A DNA stretch of 34,177 nt from Methanotrichaceae archaeon (GTDB lineage: Archaea; Halobacteriota; Methanosarcinia; Methanotrichales; Methanotrichaceae). The stretch lies in the NCBI GenBank assembly GCA_963754945.1, contig CAVWIG010000004.1:1-34177 (forward strand), in the 5' to 3' direction. The translations under genes were made by a program, and so were the position numbers. Below, in pieces: positions 1 to 9,763 of the stretch (within the stretch, counting starts at the first letter, position 1; the number at the start of each line of letters is the position of its first letter). The notes beneath the pieces are model-generated. The model did no database searches. It was given only the letters and a program-made list of their open reading frames with translations, and was not told the origin of the DNA.

Positions 1-1172
1 AGTTTTAAATCTTATAAAAGGTCTAGAATATAGATCGTGGCAAGAAAAACAATATTCTGTGTGAAACTGGAAGAGAAAGAACGAGAAGAGTTGAACCAAG
101 TACATCCGTCGTGGGAAGTCGTCTGCAAGGAGTTTAACTCGCGCAAGAATACTGCTCCTGGCCGATGGAGGGCAATCCGATGCGGAGATCATTGATGCAT
201 TGAAGGCGAGCAGAACGACAATAGTGAGGATAAGAAAGAGATATTTCGAGGGTGGCCTGGAATCTGCATTGAATGAAAGATCTCGCAGTGAAGCGCCTCC
301 GAAGATAGATGCACGAGTTGAGGCTAAACTGACCGGCATTGCTTGCTCAGATCCGCCTGAAGGCAGATCGAGATGGACGCTGAATCTATTGGCCGACAAG
401 CTTGTTGAGCTGGGGGAAGTGGACTCGATCTCAGGAATGAGCGTTTGCAGAGCGTTAAAAAAAATGAAATAAAGCCATGGCTCAAACAGCGATGGTGCAT
501 AGGGAGCATGACGAGCGAATATATCTGGAACATGGAAAATGTATTAACTCTGTACGAGCAACCATATGATCCGAGGCATCCTGTGGTTTGTTTCGACGAG
601 AGGCCATGCCAACTGATAGGCGATGTCTTAGTGCCTATACCCATGAAACCAGGCAGTCCGAAGAAGGTGCATTATGAATACGTCCGTAACGGGACATGTT
701 GCATCCTTATTGCTTTTGATCTTCATGCAGGAAAAAGAATGATTCGTGTCATGGAGCACAGGACAAGGGTGGACTACGCCCATTTCATGAAAGAACTTAC
801 CCAGCAATATCCAGGTGTAGAATCCATTCGATTGGTCCAGGATAATCTCAATACGCATACTTCAGGCTGATTTTATAATGCTTTTGCGCCTGAAGAGGCG
901 TTTGAGCTGGCTAAGGAGTTCGAATATTATTATACGCCAAAGAAAGGTAGCTGGCTCAACATGGCTGAGATAGAACTCTCAGCCCTATCGAAGCAATGCC
1001 TCGATCGTCGGATTGGAGACATCGATACTTTAACCAAAGAGGCTTCGGTGTGTGCACAAGAACGTAACGCAAAAAGAAAACTACTGTAAGATGGAAATTC
1101 ACGAAGAATGATGCAAGATTAAAGCTAAACAGGCATTATATTAATTTGCAAAATTAATGTTATGGTGCACTA
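1..1172 (+). mobile_element. IS630-family insertion sequence, decayed; left end lies outside the window
   Basis: Transposase fragments with an HTH region and DDE motifs CFDE, VQDN and NMAEIE. The right end reads ...TTATGGTGCAC-TA-G, matching the TA target typical of IS630. No matching left inverted repeat is in the window. Confidence 0.85.
38..1157 (+). pseudogene. IS630 transposase pseudogene
   Basis: GTG38 gives MARKTIFCVKLEEKEREELN; a frameshift near 95-100 restores KYIRRGKSSARSLTRARILLLAD. A8 run at 457-464 is the usual -1 junction (LKK/NEIKPW). In-frame TGA at 868-870 is followed by FYNAFAPEEA...TPKKGSWLNMAEIE. A further frameshift near 1075-1085 leads to VRWKFTKNDARLKLNRHY, stop at 1155-1157. 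Confidence 0.85.
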
Positions 1173-1238
1173 GATCCCGAAAACGGAGAAGAGACGATAT
1201 TGCTAGAGGCACTTGGTACTCACGACGAGGTCTATTAA
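1173..1238 (+). pseudogene. 3' end of a RelE/StbE/YafQ-type mRNA interferase toxin gene, interrupted by IS630
   Basis: Immediately after the IS end the sequence reads DPENGEETILLEALGTHDEVY*. A C-terminal GTHDEVY is characteristic of this toxin family. Confidence 0.7.
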
Positions 1239-1352
1239 TTCAAACGTTCAAAGCTTGAAGTCATTCTTTAATTTCTCAAGTGCTACCGTCTCGCGCAAGA
1301 CCCGATCCCGAATTCTATCCCGCAGGCCTTGATCGCTCACAACGTCGACTTT

Positions 1353-1942
1353 TATTTTTAAGTGAATACCCCGCAGCTTGCTGCGGGGATGAGCATGAAA
1401 ACCGACTTAAGGGTAGTTGCATATTCGGCTTATGGTTAAATTAGGAAGGGCGAATCATTGCGTGTACAAAATTAGGTATCACATGGTTCTATGTATAAAG
1501 TATAGAAAGAAATTACTTTCTCGAAATAATAAGATTGAATATTTCAAATATATTTGCTCAGAATTGGGAGAACGATATCAATTTGTATTTGATGCCATTG
1601 GGACTGATGGAGATCACATACATATTTTCGTTGGAGCAGCTCCAAAGCATTCGCCATCAAGGATTATGCAAATAATAAAAAGCATAACCGCAAGAGAAAT
1701 TTTCAAAAGATTTCCTCAAATCAAAAAAGCACTTTGGGGCAGCGAATTTTGGAGCGATGGGGGGATATATTGGGACGGTAGGTGATGGGATATTATCGGA
1801 CATAATTCGCAATTATGTCGAAATGCAAGGAACAACGGAAGAAAAAGAAGGATTTAAGCAAATGAGTTTGCTTGAATTCGATTAACTTGGCGGCGGCGGG
1901 AACATGCCCCGCCTGCTTGCAGCGGGGTCCGCCGCCGCAACG
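1353..1942 (+). mobile_element. IS200-type element (IS200/IS605 family, tnpA only, no tnpB)
   Basis: Sub-terminal hairpins CCCCGCAGC-TT-GCTGCGGGG (1369-1388) and CCCCGCCTGC-TT-GCAGCGGGG (1907-1927). Removing the insert plus one flanking TTT rejoins the MNT frame (GVK|VDVV). Ends are ambiguous by 3 nt because TTT lies on both sides. Confidence 0.85.
1432..1885 (+). pseudogene. tnpA: Y1/HUH transposase TnpA, frameshifted
   Basis: HCVYKIRYHMVLCIKYRKK, HUH motif DHIH, IKSITAR and FWSDG. One extra G in the G-run near 1759-1764 moves YIGTVG...IIRNYVEMQG (catalytic Tyr) into another frame, which ends at TAA 1883-1885. Confidence 0.85.
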
Positions 1943-2226
1943 TTTGACTCCCAGGAGACTTTCAAGTTCTCGGATCATGGCCGACTGGCTGAGGAGGGTT
2001 GATCCGGGAAGGAATTCAACAAGAATGTCGAGATCACTCTCGGAATCGGCTTCTCTCCGAGCAACAGAGCCGAAGATCCTGATATTGCGAGCGCTATGCT
2101 TTGCAGCGATCTTAAGGATTTCCTCTCGCTTCGCCTTCAACAGATCTTCGATGCTCATGTCTTTGTATCTCTCCTTTTTGAGGTTCAAAGCTTCGAATCC
2201 CGATTCAGTCCTCTTTTCTCCTGAAT

Positions 2227-3057
2227 TTAGATGCCCAGGGTCAGGCGCAGCGTGTTCCTGATTGCAGGTGCGAGACCAAGGACAATTAGGGCCAGCTTGG
2301 TCAGGTTCAGGAGAGATTTATCCTCTATGAACTTGTCTATGATACTGAGCAAGGGCAGTAGCACGAGAAGCTTCAGAGGATACATGATCGATGCAGTGCC
2401 CGTGAGATCGATCAGGTAGGTAGGTACAACGTGCTTCTCATAGTATCCGAACCAGTCCACACCGATGTAGGTTGAGCTGGCGTCCAGCATGTGAGAGTAA
2501 AGGATTGCCAGGTTGTATCTGTTGTTTAAGAAATTCAGCCTTGGCAGTGGCACCCGCAGAATGTAGATGATCCCGGTCAAGAGAGTGCCGAGGAAGAGTA
2601 CTGCGACAGGGACCAGAGGCCTCTGAACGCCGACCGTGGAAAGAGCTGCCAGATTCATGAAAGTCCAGAGCAGGCCAATGGCTGCATAAACACGGTGAAA
2701 ATTCTTTCCAAGGAACTTTCTGGTCAAGATGAGAGACGCAGTTGTAACAAAGAATACCAGGAAGTAAATCAAGGGAGTTATGAGCAGATAGCTGGCCGGT
2801 GGCTTGACAAGACCGGCATCCTCTATGACCCTCAGGCTCGATCCCGCCAAGACATAAGGAAGAGTGTAGAGCACTAGCTTTTCGTCCATCTTCAGGTCCA
2901 GGCGTTTGAAGATCCTGATCAGGCCCAGGATGGAAATCCCTAGAAGGACGGCCCAGGTAACTGTGTTGACTGGATTGTACCCTGAGTCATAGATTATGGG
3001 CTCTACATAATATTTGTATACCCAGTTGTACAACCAAGTGCCGAGATCAGGGTTCAT
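2227..3057 (-). CDS. DUF63-family polytopic membrane protein
   Basis: 276 aa, many hydrophobic segments, motifs GYNPVNT, LRVIEDAG, HMLDASSTYIG, YYEKHVVP and LGLAPAIRNTLR recognised as the archaeal DUF63 family. Confidence 0.8.
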   Translation of the reverse strand: MNPDLGTWLYNWVYKYYVEPIIYDSGYNPVNTVTWAVLLGISILGLIRIFKRLDLKMDEKLVLYTLPYVLAGSSLRVIEDAGLVKPPASYLLITPLIYFLVFFVTTASLILTRKFLGKNFHRVYAAIGLLWTFMNLAALSTVGVQRPLVPVAVLFLGTLLTGIIYILRVPLPRLNFLNNRYNLAILYSHMLDASSTYIGVDWFGYYEKHVVPTYLIDLTGTASIMYPLKLLVLLPLLSIIDKFIEDKSLLNLTKLALIVLGLAPAIRNTLRLTLGI

Positions 3058-3140
3058 CTAGCCTACTATCCTCCCGGATGGTATTTCTATCGTTCGGATC
3101 TTGTCATGGGCTATTCGCCCACGACCGTAGTCGTCTCATT

Positions 3141-3158
3141 CCGGAAAGTATTTATATT
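3141..3158 (+). promoter_or_regulatory. BRE/TATA promoter of psmB-aCPSF1
   Basis: CCGGAAAG followed by TATTTATATT about 55 nt upstream of the psmB ATG; SD-like GAGGT at 3199-3203. Confidence 0.55.
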
Positions 3159-3209
3159 GACGAGGGAAATGTGATTTGTCCATTTTCTGATTTTAGTTGA
3201 GGTAATTCG

Positions 3210-3833
3210 ATGGTCGAGGTGTTCAAAGGTACAACTACGGTAGGAGTACTCTGTGATGGAGGCATTGTCCTCGCATCGGAGAGCCGAGCTACCATGGGTA
3301 ACTTCATAGCAAGCAGCACAGCCAAGAAGATCTACCAGGTCGACGACCTGGCAGGGCTTACGACCGCTGGAGTGGTGGGAGATGCCCAATCCCTGGTCCG
3401 AATGGTCCAAGTGGAGGCCAGGCTTTATAGGATGCAGAGGGGCGAACCCCTAACAATTAAAGCCGTAACTTCGATGCTCTCGAACGTCCTTGCATCGAGG
3501 AGATATTTCCCGTTTATGGTGCAGTTGATACTGGGTGGCGTGGACAGGTACGGTCCAAGGATATACTCCCTTGATGCCCTCGGGGGACAGATCGAGGAGA
3601 GGAGGATCGTATCCACAGGTTCCGGGTCCCCGACGGCTTACGGTGTTCTGGAAGCACTCTACCAACCCGGCATTAACGTGAAGGACGGAACGATCTTAGC
3701 GGCCAGGGCTATCAAGAACGCTATTAAGAGAGATTCGGCTTCTGGAGATAAAATAGAGCTTGTCAGGATAACTAAAGACAAGTACGAAGAGGTAGGCGAT
3801 ACTGAGTTAGAAGAGATTATGCGCCTCATTTAA
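3210..3833 (+). CDS. psmB: Proteasome beta subunit
   Basis: Short propeptide then G|TTTVG (catalytic Thr), [14 protein letters not shown] and KRDSASG. Confidence 0.97.
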   Translation: MVEVFKGTTTVGVLCDGGIVLASESRATMGNFIASSTAKKIYQVDDLAGLTTAGVVGDAQSLVRMVQVEARLYRMQRGEPLTIKAVTSMLSNVLASRRYFPFMVQLILGGVDRYGPRIYSLDALGGQIEERRIVSTGSGSPTAYGVLEALYQPGINVKDGTILAARAIKNAIKRDSASGDKIELVRITKDKYEEVGDTELEEIMRLI

Positions 3834-3853
3834 TCTTTTTTGGATGTGTTCTA

Positions 3854-5761
3854 TTGTCAGTTGAGGAAGTACTTTTTGAGCTTAAACGCAAGGTGCAGAG
3901 TAAGCTGCCGCCAGACACGAACGTAACAGGCCTGGAGTTCGAGGGTCCGGAGCTGGTCATATATACAGACGACCCGAAGAAGCTGGCGGACGATGGAGAG
4001 ATAATTCGGTCCTTGGCCAAGGAACTCCGAAAGCGCGTTGTGGTCAGGCCGGACCTGAAGGTGCTGGCCGAACCTGAGGTTGCCATAACCAAGATCCAGG
4101 AGGTTGTGCCAAAAGAAGCTGTGCTAACCGATTACTACTTCGATGGAGAGACGGGCGAGGTTGTAATCGAGGCCGAGAAGCCAGGTCTTGTGATAGGAAG
4201 ACACGGAGCTACTCTCCGTGAGATAACCAAGATGATCGGCTGGACCCCGAAAGTGGTCAGGACGCCGCCGGTCAGGTCCTCCACAATAGCCAACATAAAA
4301 GATTACCTGCGAAGCGTCCAGCAAGAAAGGAAGACCATACTGCGAACTGTTGGCAGAAAGATTCATCGGGACATAGCTTCAAAGGATCAATGGGTCAGGA
4401 TATCCACCCTCGGAGGCTGCCGAGAGGTTGGACGTAGCTGCATGCTGCTGTCCACGCCAGAGTCCAGGATCATCATCGATTGTGGTATAAACGTTGGATC
4501 TGACGACTCTGCTACACCTTTCCTCTATGTTCCGGAGGTCTACCCCCTGAACCAGATCGATGCTGTGGTTCTCACTCACGCTCACCTTGACCATGCGGGC
4601 TTGGTGCCCATGCTCTATAAGTACGGGTACGATGGACCGATCTACTGCACACCGCCGACTCGTGACCTGTTCGTTCTGCTTCAACTGGACTACATAGAGG
4701 TCACAGGGCGCGAGGGGAGAAAGCTTCCATACGACTCGAATCTGATCCGTCAGGCCCTCAAGCACACTATAACCCTGAACTACGGAGATGTGACCGACAT
4801 AGCTCCTGACACTAAGCTCACCATGCACAACGCCGGTCACATCCTGGGATCGTCCATTGCGCATTTTCACATAGGCGACGGCCTGTACAACGTGGCTTTC
4901 ACCGGCGACTTCAAGTACGAAAGGACTCGGCTGTTCGACCCGGCAGTCAACAGCTTCCCGCGCCTTGAGACGCTGGTAACCGAGGCCACCTACGGCGGTG
5001 CCAACAGCATTCAACCCTCCAGAAAGGAGGCCGAGATCAACCTTCTCAAGGTTGTAAAGGAGACTATCGGTCGAGGCGGAAAGGTCATTATCCCCGCATT
5101 TGCTGTTGGAAGAAGTCAAGAGGTAATGATTGTCCTTGAGGAGGCCATCCGAAAGAAGGCCATAGATGCGGTGCCTGTTTATCTGGACGGGATGATCTCT
5201 GAGGCGACTGCAATCCACACCAGCTATCCGGAGTACCTGAACAGCGACCTCCGAGAATTGATTTTCCACCGAGGAATCAATCCCTTCCTGGCCGAGTGCT
5301 TTGTCCAAGTTGAGAATCCAAGTAAGAGGGCAGAGGTGATCGATGGGCCTCCGTGTGTTATTCTGGCCACAAGCGGCATGCTCAATGGCGGGCCGATAAT
5401 GGAGTATTTGAAACGCCTTGGCCCGGATGATAAGAACACTCTTGTCATAGTCGGTTATCAGGCCGAAGGAACACTCGGGCGAAGAATCCAAAAAGGCTGG
5501 AAGGAAGTGCCATTGTCTGCGGAAGGCAAGACACAGACTGTGAAGATGAACCTGGAAGTAACCACAGTCGATGGATTCTCTGGTCACTCGGATCGCAATC
5601 AGCTCATGGAGTACATCCGCAGGATCTACCCCAAGCCCGGAAGGATCCTGACCAACCACGGTGACGAGAGCAACTGTCTTGATCTGGCTTCATCTCTTTA
5701 CAAGAGGTACAGAATTCCGACCATGGCCCCCATGAACCTGGAGACTGTGAGGCTTATCTGA
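3854..5761 (+). CDS. fttA: Beta-CASP ribonuclease aCPSF1 / transcription termination factor FttA
   Basis: 635 aa, N-terminal KH domains ([10 protein letters not shown]), metallo-beta-lactamase motifs [17 protein letters not shown] and FSGHSD. TTG start. Adjacency to psmB is the conserved archaeal arrangement. Confidence 0.95.
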   Translation: MSVEEVLFELKRKVQSKLPPDTNVTGLEFEGPELVIYTDDPKKLADDGEIIRSLAKELRKRVVVRPDLKVLAEPEVAITKIQEVVPKEAVLTDYYFDGETGEVVIEAEKPGLVIGRHGATLREITKMIGWTPKVVRTPPVRSSTIANIKDYLRSVQQERKTILRTVGRKIHRDIASKDQWVRISTLGGCREVGRSCMLLSTPESRIIIDCGINVGSDDSATPFLYVPEVYPLNQIDAVVLTHAHLDHAGLVPMLYKYGYDGPIYCTPPTRDLFVLLQLDYIEVTGREGRKLPYDSNLIRQALKHTITLNYGDVTDIAPDTKLTMHNAGHILGSSIAHFHIGDGLYNVAFTGDFKYERTRLFDPAVNSFPRLETLVTEATYGGANSIQPSRKEAEINLLKVVKETIGRGGKVIIPAFAVGRSQEVMIVLEEAIRKKAIDAVPVYLDGMISEATAIHTSYPEYLNSDLRELIFHRGINPFLAECFVQVENPSKRAEVIDGPPCVILATSGMLNGGPIMEYLKRLGPDDKNTLVIVGYQAEGTLGRRIQKGWKEVPLSAEGKTQTVKMNLEVTTVDGFSGHSDRNQLMEYIRRIYPKPGRILTNHGDESNCLDLASSLYKRYRIPTMAPMNLETVRLI

Positions 5762-5956
5762 AGTGCTAAGGGCCCTTCGAATGGAAGGCTACCTTTAGAG
5801 GGCGTATCGCATGGGGATAAGAGATTTACCTGGAAATAAATCCGATAATGTAGATAGTTTTGCCTATTTCCACTACATTATTCGATATGTTCCTCAAAAG
5901 GATTATCAGATTCAAGCATATTATTTGAGCACACACATGTTCAAGCGAGGTCCTTT

Positions 5957-6475
5957 GTGACGGGAAAGAGAACTCGGATCATCAACGATCCCTCAGACAT
6001 GGTCCCTCTGTTACAAGCTTTCGGCTCTGAGGTCCACAAGAAAGCCTTCGATGAGCTGAACAAAGGCTGGCGCACAGAGCGCGAACTAGTTGATCTAATC
6101 GGAGATAAGAGCAGCGTTCACAGGTCTATAAGCTTACTTCGCAAGAGTGGCCTTGTAGAGACCAAATGGAAGATGCCCGAACCAGGAGCAAGCCCTGAGA
6201 AGGAATACCATTCTACCTACTCCCGGATACAGGCAAGTTTCGGGGCGTCCATGGAGGATCTGAGCGAAATCATCAGGCTGACTTTTATGTCGGAAGAAGA
6301 GCTGCGTGATGTGACTGAGAAGATCCTGAAGATTGTCGAGCAGGGAGACACATCATTGACGAACCTTTCAAGGGAACTGGGGTTGAGCCAGGTCTTCATC
6401 CGAGGCATCGCCAAGAGAGCCGAGGGTCTAACTGTAAGGGGACAACGTATCGAGCTTTACGATGAGGAGCACTGA
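5957..6475 (+). CDS. ArsR-like winged-helix transcriptional regulator (conserved methanogen family)
   Basis: 172 aa with an HTH-wing pattern (SLLRKSGLVETKW...PEKEYH) and a second HTH-like C-terminal segment; SD GAGG upstream. Confidence 0.75.
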   Translation: MTGKRTRIINDPSDMVPLLQAFGSEVHKKAFDELNKGWRTERELVDLIGDKSSVHRSISLLRKSGLVETKWKMPEPGASPEKEYHSTYSRIQASFGASMEDLSEIIRLTFMSEEELRDVTEKILKIVEQGDTSLTNLSRELGLSQVFIRGIAKRAEGLTVRGQRIELYDEEH

Positions 6476-7264
6476 ATGGTCAACATCCTCCAGAGCAAGC
6501 GGGAAAGCTCTCGATTTCAGATCCTTGTAGAGATAGCCGCCCACCAGCCCAACCTGCGTCAGAAGGAAGTTGCTGAGCGTCTGGGGGTGACTCCGCAGGC
6601 CATATCCGAATACATAAAGGAGTTGGTCGCTAACGGACTAGTCACCACGGACGGCCGGATGCGCTACAGCATCACCAAGGAAGGCGTGGAGTGGCTCTTG
6701 GAGGGTGCCGCTGAGCTCAAACGCTATGCCAGAGTGGTCATGGAGGACATAATCAGCCATGTTTCTGTCTGGACAGCGTTGGCGGAAGCCGATCTGGCCG
6801 AAGGCGAACGGGTCTCCCTGGAGATGCGAGGCGGTCTGCTCTATGCCAATAGAAAGGAAGGGATTGAAGCAAGCGGCATAACGATCTCTGATGCCAGAAC
6901 AGGCGAAGACGTGGGAGTGTCTGACCTCAAGGGCCTGATCGGCCTTGATGAGGGAATTATCAATGTGGCTAAGGTGCCGCGTGTCCAGGCTGGTGGCTCT
7001 CGAAAGGTAGACATCGACACCCTGAAAACCTTGGTCTCGGGGGAAAGGATGATAGGAGCCCTGGGTATCGAGGCCCTCGTGGCTTTGAGGAAGGCTGGAA
7101 GAGAGCCAGACGTGATCTTCGGAGCCAAAGAGTCGGCTGTGGAAGCAGCATTTCACGGCATAAATTCAGTCATAGTGAGCGTCGATGAACAGGTACCGAG
7201 TCTTCTGGAGCGCCTGGAGTCAGAAGGATTGAAGTACGAGCTGGTCGACCTGACAACGGTTTGA
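6476..7264 (+). CDS. Winged-helix transcriptional regulator with C-terminal effector-like domain
   Basis: N-terminal HTH RQKEVAERLGVTPQAISEYIKELVANG...RYSITKEG; ATG directly follows the upstream TGA. Confidence 0.8.
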   Translation: MVNILQSKRESSRFQILVEIAAHQPNLRQKEVAERLGVTPQAISEYIKELVANGLVTTDGRMRYSITKEGVEWLLEGAAELKRYARVVMEDIISHVSVWTALAEADLAEGERVSLEMRGGLLYANRKEGIEASGITISDARTGEDVGVSDLKGLIGLDEGIINVAKVPRVQAGGSRKVDIDTLKTLVSGERMIGALGIEALVALRKAGREPDVIFGAKESAVEAAFHGINSVIVSVDEQVPSLLERLESEGLKYELVDLTTV

Positions 7265-7265
7265 G

Positions 7266-9701
7266 ATGTCTTTTCAGGTTCTGGCTCAGGCCGATAGGTC
7301 CAGGATATTGCTTTTGCCGCTTCGGGATGGCAAGGCCCTTTTTGAAGGCTATCTCCGGCTAAAGGACATGCCCCAGGGCCCGAGGGTTTTCAAGTTTCTG
7401 GTAAAGGACGATTCGGAGAGATATCTACCTCCGGAAGATGCCACAAAGCTCCTGCGACAGGCTGGTGCCATCTACATCGCTAGGGGCGAAGCTGTTCTCG
7501 AGAAGAAGTTCCTGGAGCTACTTGACGCCTACCAGCTCCAATACAGAAGGGTTTTGGTCTGCGGCCACTGCCTTGGAGAAAAGAGGTTCACCTCTGTTGG
7601 GAGCAGCGCCATATCCTACAAGGGAGCCAAGATCTGTGAGGACTGTGCTGCAGCAGAGCTGATAAGAGAAGCGGACTTCCGGGGTCTCAGCAGGCCAGCC
7701 AAGGCCCATCTGGCTCGAATGCTGAGGAAACGAAAGAACCTGGACGACGTTTTAGGCCTCCTGAGCTTGCAGAGGCTCGATCCCGAGCTGACCAGGTTCG
7801 ACACCATACCAGCCAGCAAGGACGAGATCACAATGAACCTGGAGGAGGCGGATCTTCCTCTGAAGCTAAGAATGGTCCTCATGAGGAGGCTGAAGAACCT
7901 TCTGCCAGTCCAGACCAAGTCCGTCCAGGCAGGCCTGCTTGAAGGAAAGAGCCAGTTGGTCGTGTCCGCCACTGCCACAGGAAAGAGCCTAATTGGGGAG
8001 ATGGCCGGCATAAAGAACCTTCTGGAAGGAAAGGGCAAGCTGCTTTTTTTGGTTCCCCTCGTCGCTCTGGCCAATCAGAAGTTCGATCAGCTATCCGCTT
8101 ACAACGAGCTGGGATTTAATACGTCCATACGCGTCGGTGTCAGCAGAATCAAGCTGGGGCATGGAAGAAAGATGCGCCAGGATCTCGGCGCTGACATAAT
8201 AGCAGGAACATACGAGGGCATTGATCAGGTAATACGAACCAGGAAGAGCCTGGGGAAGGTGGGAACGGTAGTGGTAGATGAAGTCCACATGCTGGAGGAC
8301 TCTGAACGGGGCCACAGGATAGCTGGCATGATCGCCAGGCTGAAGCTCGTTGCCCCGGAGGCACAGTTCATCTTCCTTTCGGCTACCGTGGGAAACCCTG
8401 CTGCCTTGGCCAGAGAATTGGGAGCGATTTTGGTCGAGCACGAGGTTCGGCCGGTGCCCATCGAGCGCCACTTAATATTCTCTTCTGGGGTAGAAAAACG
8501 TCGTCTGATGAGAGAGCTGGTCAAAGAGGCCCAGGCTCATATCTCCTCAACGGGCTACAAAGGCCAGACCATCATTTTCACCAATTCCAGGAAAAACTGC
8601 TTCAACCTTGCCCAGGCCATACCGGGAGCGGCACCCTACCATGCAGGATTGCAGTACAATGAGCGCAAACGAACAGAGGAGATGTTCGGCCAAGGAAAGA
8701 TCAACACTGTGGTTACTACGGCCGCCCTAGCAGCTGGCGTCGACTTCCCCGCTTCCCAGGTCATCTTCGAGTCCCTGGCTATGGGGATAGAGTGGCTGAA
8801 CGTCCACGAGTTCAACCAGATGCTCGGTCGAGCCGGCCGTCCTGGTTACCACGACAAAGGTCTGGTGTACATCCTGGCCGAGCCTGGGCGCAAATTTTCA
8901 TCGTCTCGCGGCGAAACGGAGGACGAGATGGCCATCCATCTCCTGAACGGAGAGATGGAGGACGTGGCTCCCGAGTTCGACGAAGCTCAGCAGATGGAGG
9001 AGGTCCTGGCAAACGCCGTTGCTGCGCATAACCGGCAAGAGCTGGAGAAGCTTCACAAGCTGACCCTGGGTTTAGACGACCTGGAGACTTCCCTGAAGGC
9101 TTTGGGCAAGGCTGGATTGATCAAAGGGACAGAACCGACTCGCTTAGGCTCTGCGGCTTCTGCCCATTTCCTCTCACCTGGGGAGGTCAAGACCATAGTA
9201 GAGCAGCTCCAGAAGGGAAAGCCGCCTCTCGAAGTGGCTGTGGCAATTGAGGGCTTTGAGGCCCTGTACCTGAAGTTCGCCGAGCGCATCTCCACGGCGC
9301 TTAAGATGCCAATCTCCCAGCGTGCACTGCACGGCTCATTCCTGGACCTTCTATCCAGCGCAGAGCTGAACGACCTGGAGAGAAAGCTTCAGAAGCAGTG
9401 CCTGGACTTCGCCAAAGACTTCTTGCGCTGCACATGCATGGATGCTCCTTATTGTGGCTGCCCCCAGAAGAATATCTCCCTGAAGATCCTGGACCTACGG
9501 TCTGAGGGCAAGAGCCCTGATGAGATCATCGACTATTTTAGCGATAGGTATGGAATGTATGCCTACCAGGGCGACCTGATAAACTGGCTGGACCAGATCG
9601 TGCGATACCTGGAGGCCATCGAAGCTGTTTCAAGGGTGATGGGCAAGGCGGAGGCGGCGAAGGACGCAGGGGAGAGGAAGATGAAAATTGAGGGAGAGTG
9701 A
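7266..9701 (+). CDS. Archaea-specific Ski2-like SF2 helicase (ASH-Ski2 / DUF5814 type)
   Basis: Motifs SATATGKS, DEVH, SAT and QMLGRAGRP; N-terminal CGHC..CEDC and C-terminal CTC...YCGCP cysteine clusters. Confidence 0.88.
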   Translation: MSFQVLAQADRSRILLLPLRDGKALFEGYLRLKDMPQGPRVFKFLVKDDSERYLPPEDATKLLRQAGAIYIARGEAVLEKKFLELLDAYQLQYRRVLVCGHCLGEKRFTSVGSSAISYKGAKICEDCAAAELIREADFRGLSRPAKAHLARMLRKRKNLDDVLGLLSLQRLDPELTRFDTIPASKDEITMNLEEADLPLKLRMVLMRRLKNLLPVQTKSVQAGLLEGKSQLVVSATATGKSLIGEMAGIKNLLEGKGKLLFLVPLVALANQKFDQLSAYNELGFNTSIRVGVSRIKLGHGRKMRQDLGADIIAGTYEGIDQVIRTRKSLGKVGTVVVDEVHMLEDSERGHRIAGMIARLKLVAPEAQFIFLSATVGNPAALARELGAILVEHEVRPVPIERHLIFSSGVEKRRLMRELVKEAQAHISSTGYKGQTIIFTNSRKNCFNLAQAIPGAAPYHAGLQYNERKRTEEMFGQGKINTVVTTAALAAGVDFPASQVIFESLAMGIEWLNVHEFNQMLGRAGRPGYHDKGLVYILAEPGRKFSSSRGETEDEMAIHLLNGEMEDVAPEFDEAQQMEEVLANAVAAHNRQELEKLHKLTLGLDDLETSLKALGKAGLIKGTEPTRLGSAASAHFLSPGEVKTIVEQLQKGKPPLEVAVAIEGFEALYLKFAERISTALKMPISQRALHGSFLDLLSSAELNDLERKLQKQCLDFAKDFLRCTCMDAPYCGCPQKNISLKILDLRSEGKSPDEIIDYFSDRYGMYAYQGDLINWLDQIVRYLEAIEAVSRVMGKAEAAKDAGERKMKIEGE

Positions 9702-9763
9702 GCCCATCATCATGAAACGATATTATGTAAACGTGGTGCGAACATCTTAATTACTTCTGTGAA

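Larger units (their letters stand above)
1248..2158 (-). pseudogene. Minimal nucleotidyltransferase (MNT, MNT-HEPN antitoxin type) split by IS200
   Basis: MSIEDLLKAKREEI...IFGSVARREADSESDLDILV...ESLLGVK (2158-1943) carries the GS..DxD motif. It resumes in frame on the other side of the IS as VDVVSDQGLRDRIRDRVLRETVALEKLKNDFKL* (1349-1248). Confidence 0.85.

Noticed and set aside
868-870. In-frame TGA in the IS630 transposase as selenocysteine or recoding
   Set aside because: The gene has other frameshifts; a simple nonsense mutation is the more economical explanation.
1886-1945. tnpB or omega-RNA associated with the IS200 element
   Set aside because: The right-end hairpin follows tnpA directly, leaving no room for tnpB.
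4379-5659. 426-aa antisense ORF inside aCPSF1, and many other overlapping ORFs in backbone genes
   Set aside because: Shadow frames of well-supported genes with no recognisable motifs.
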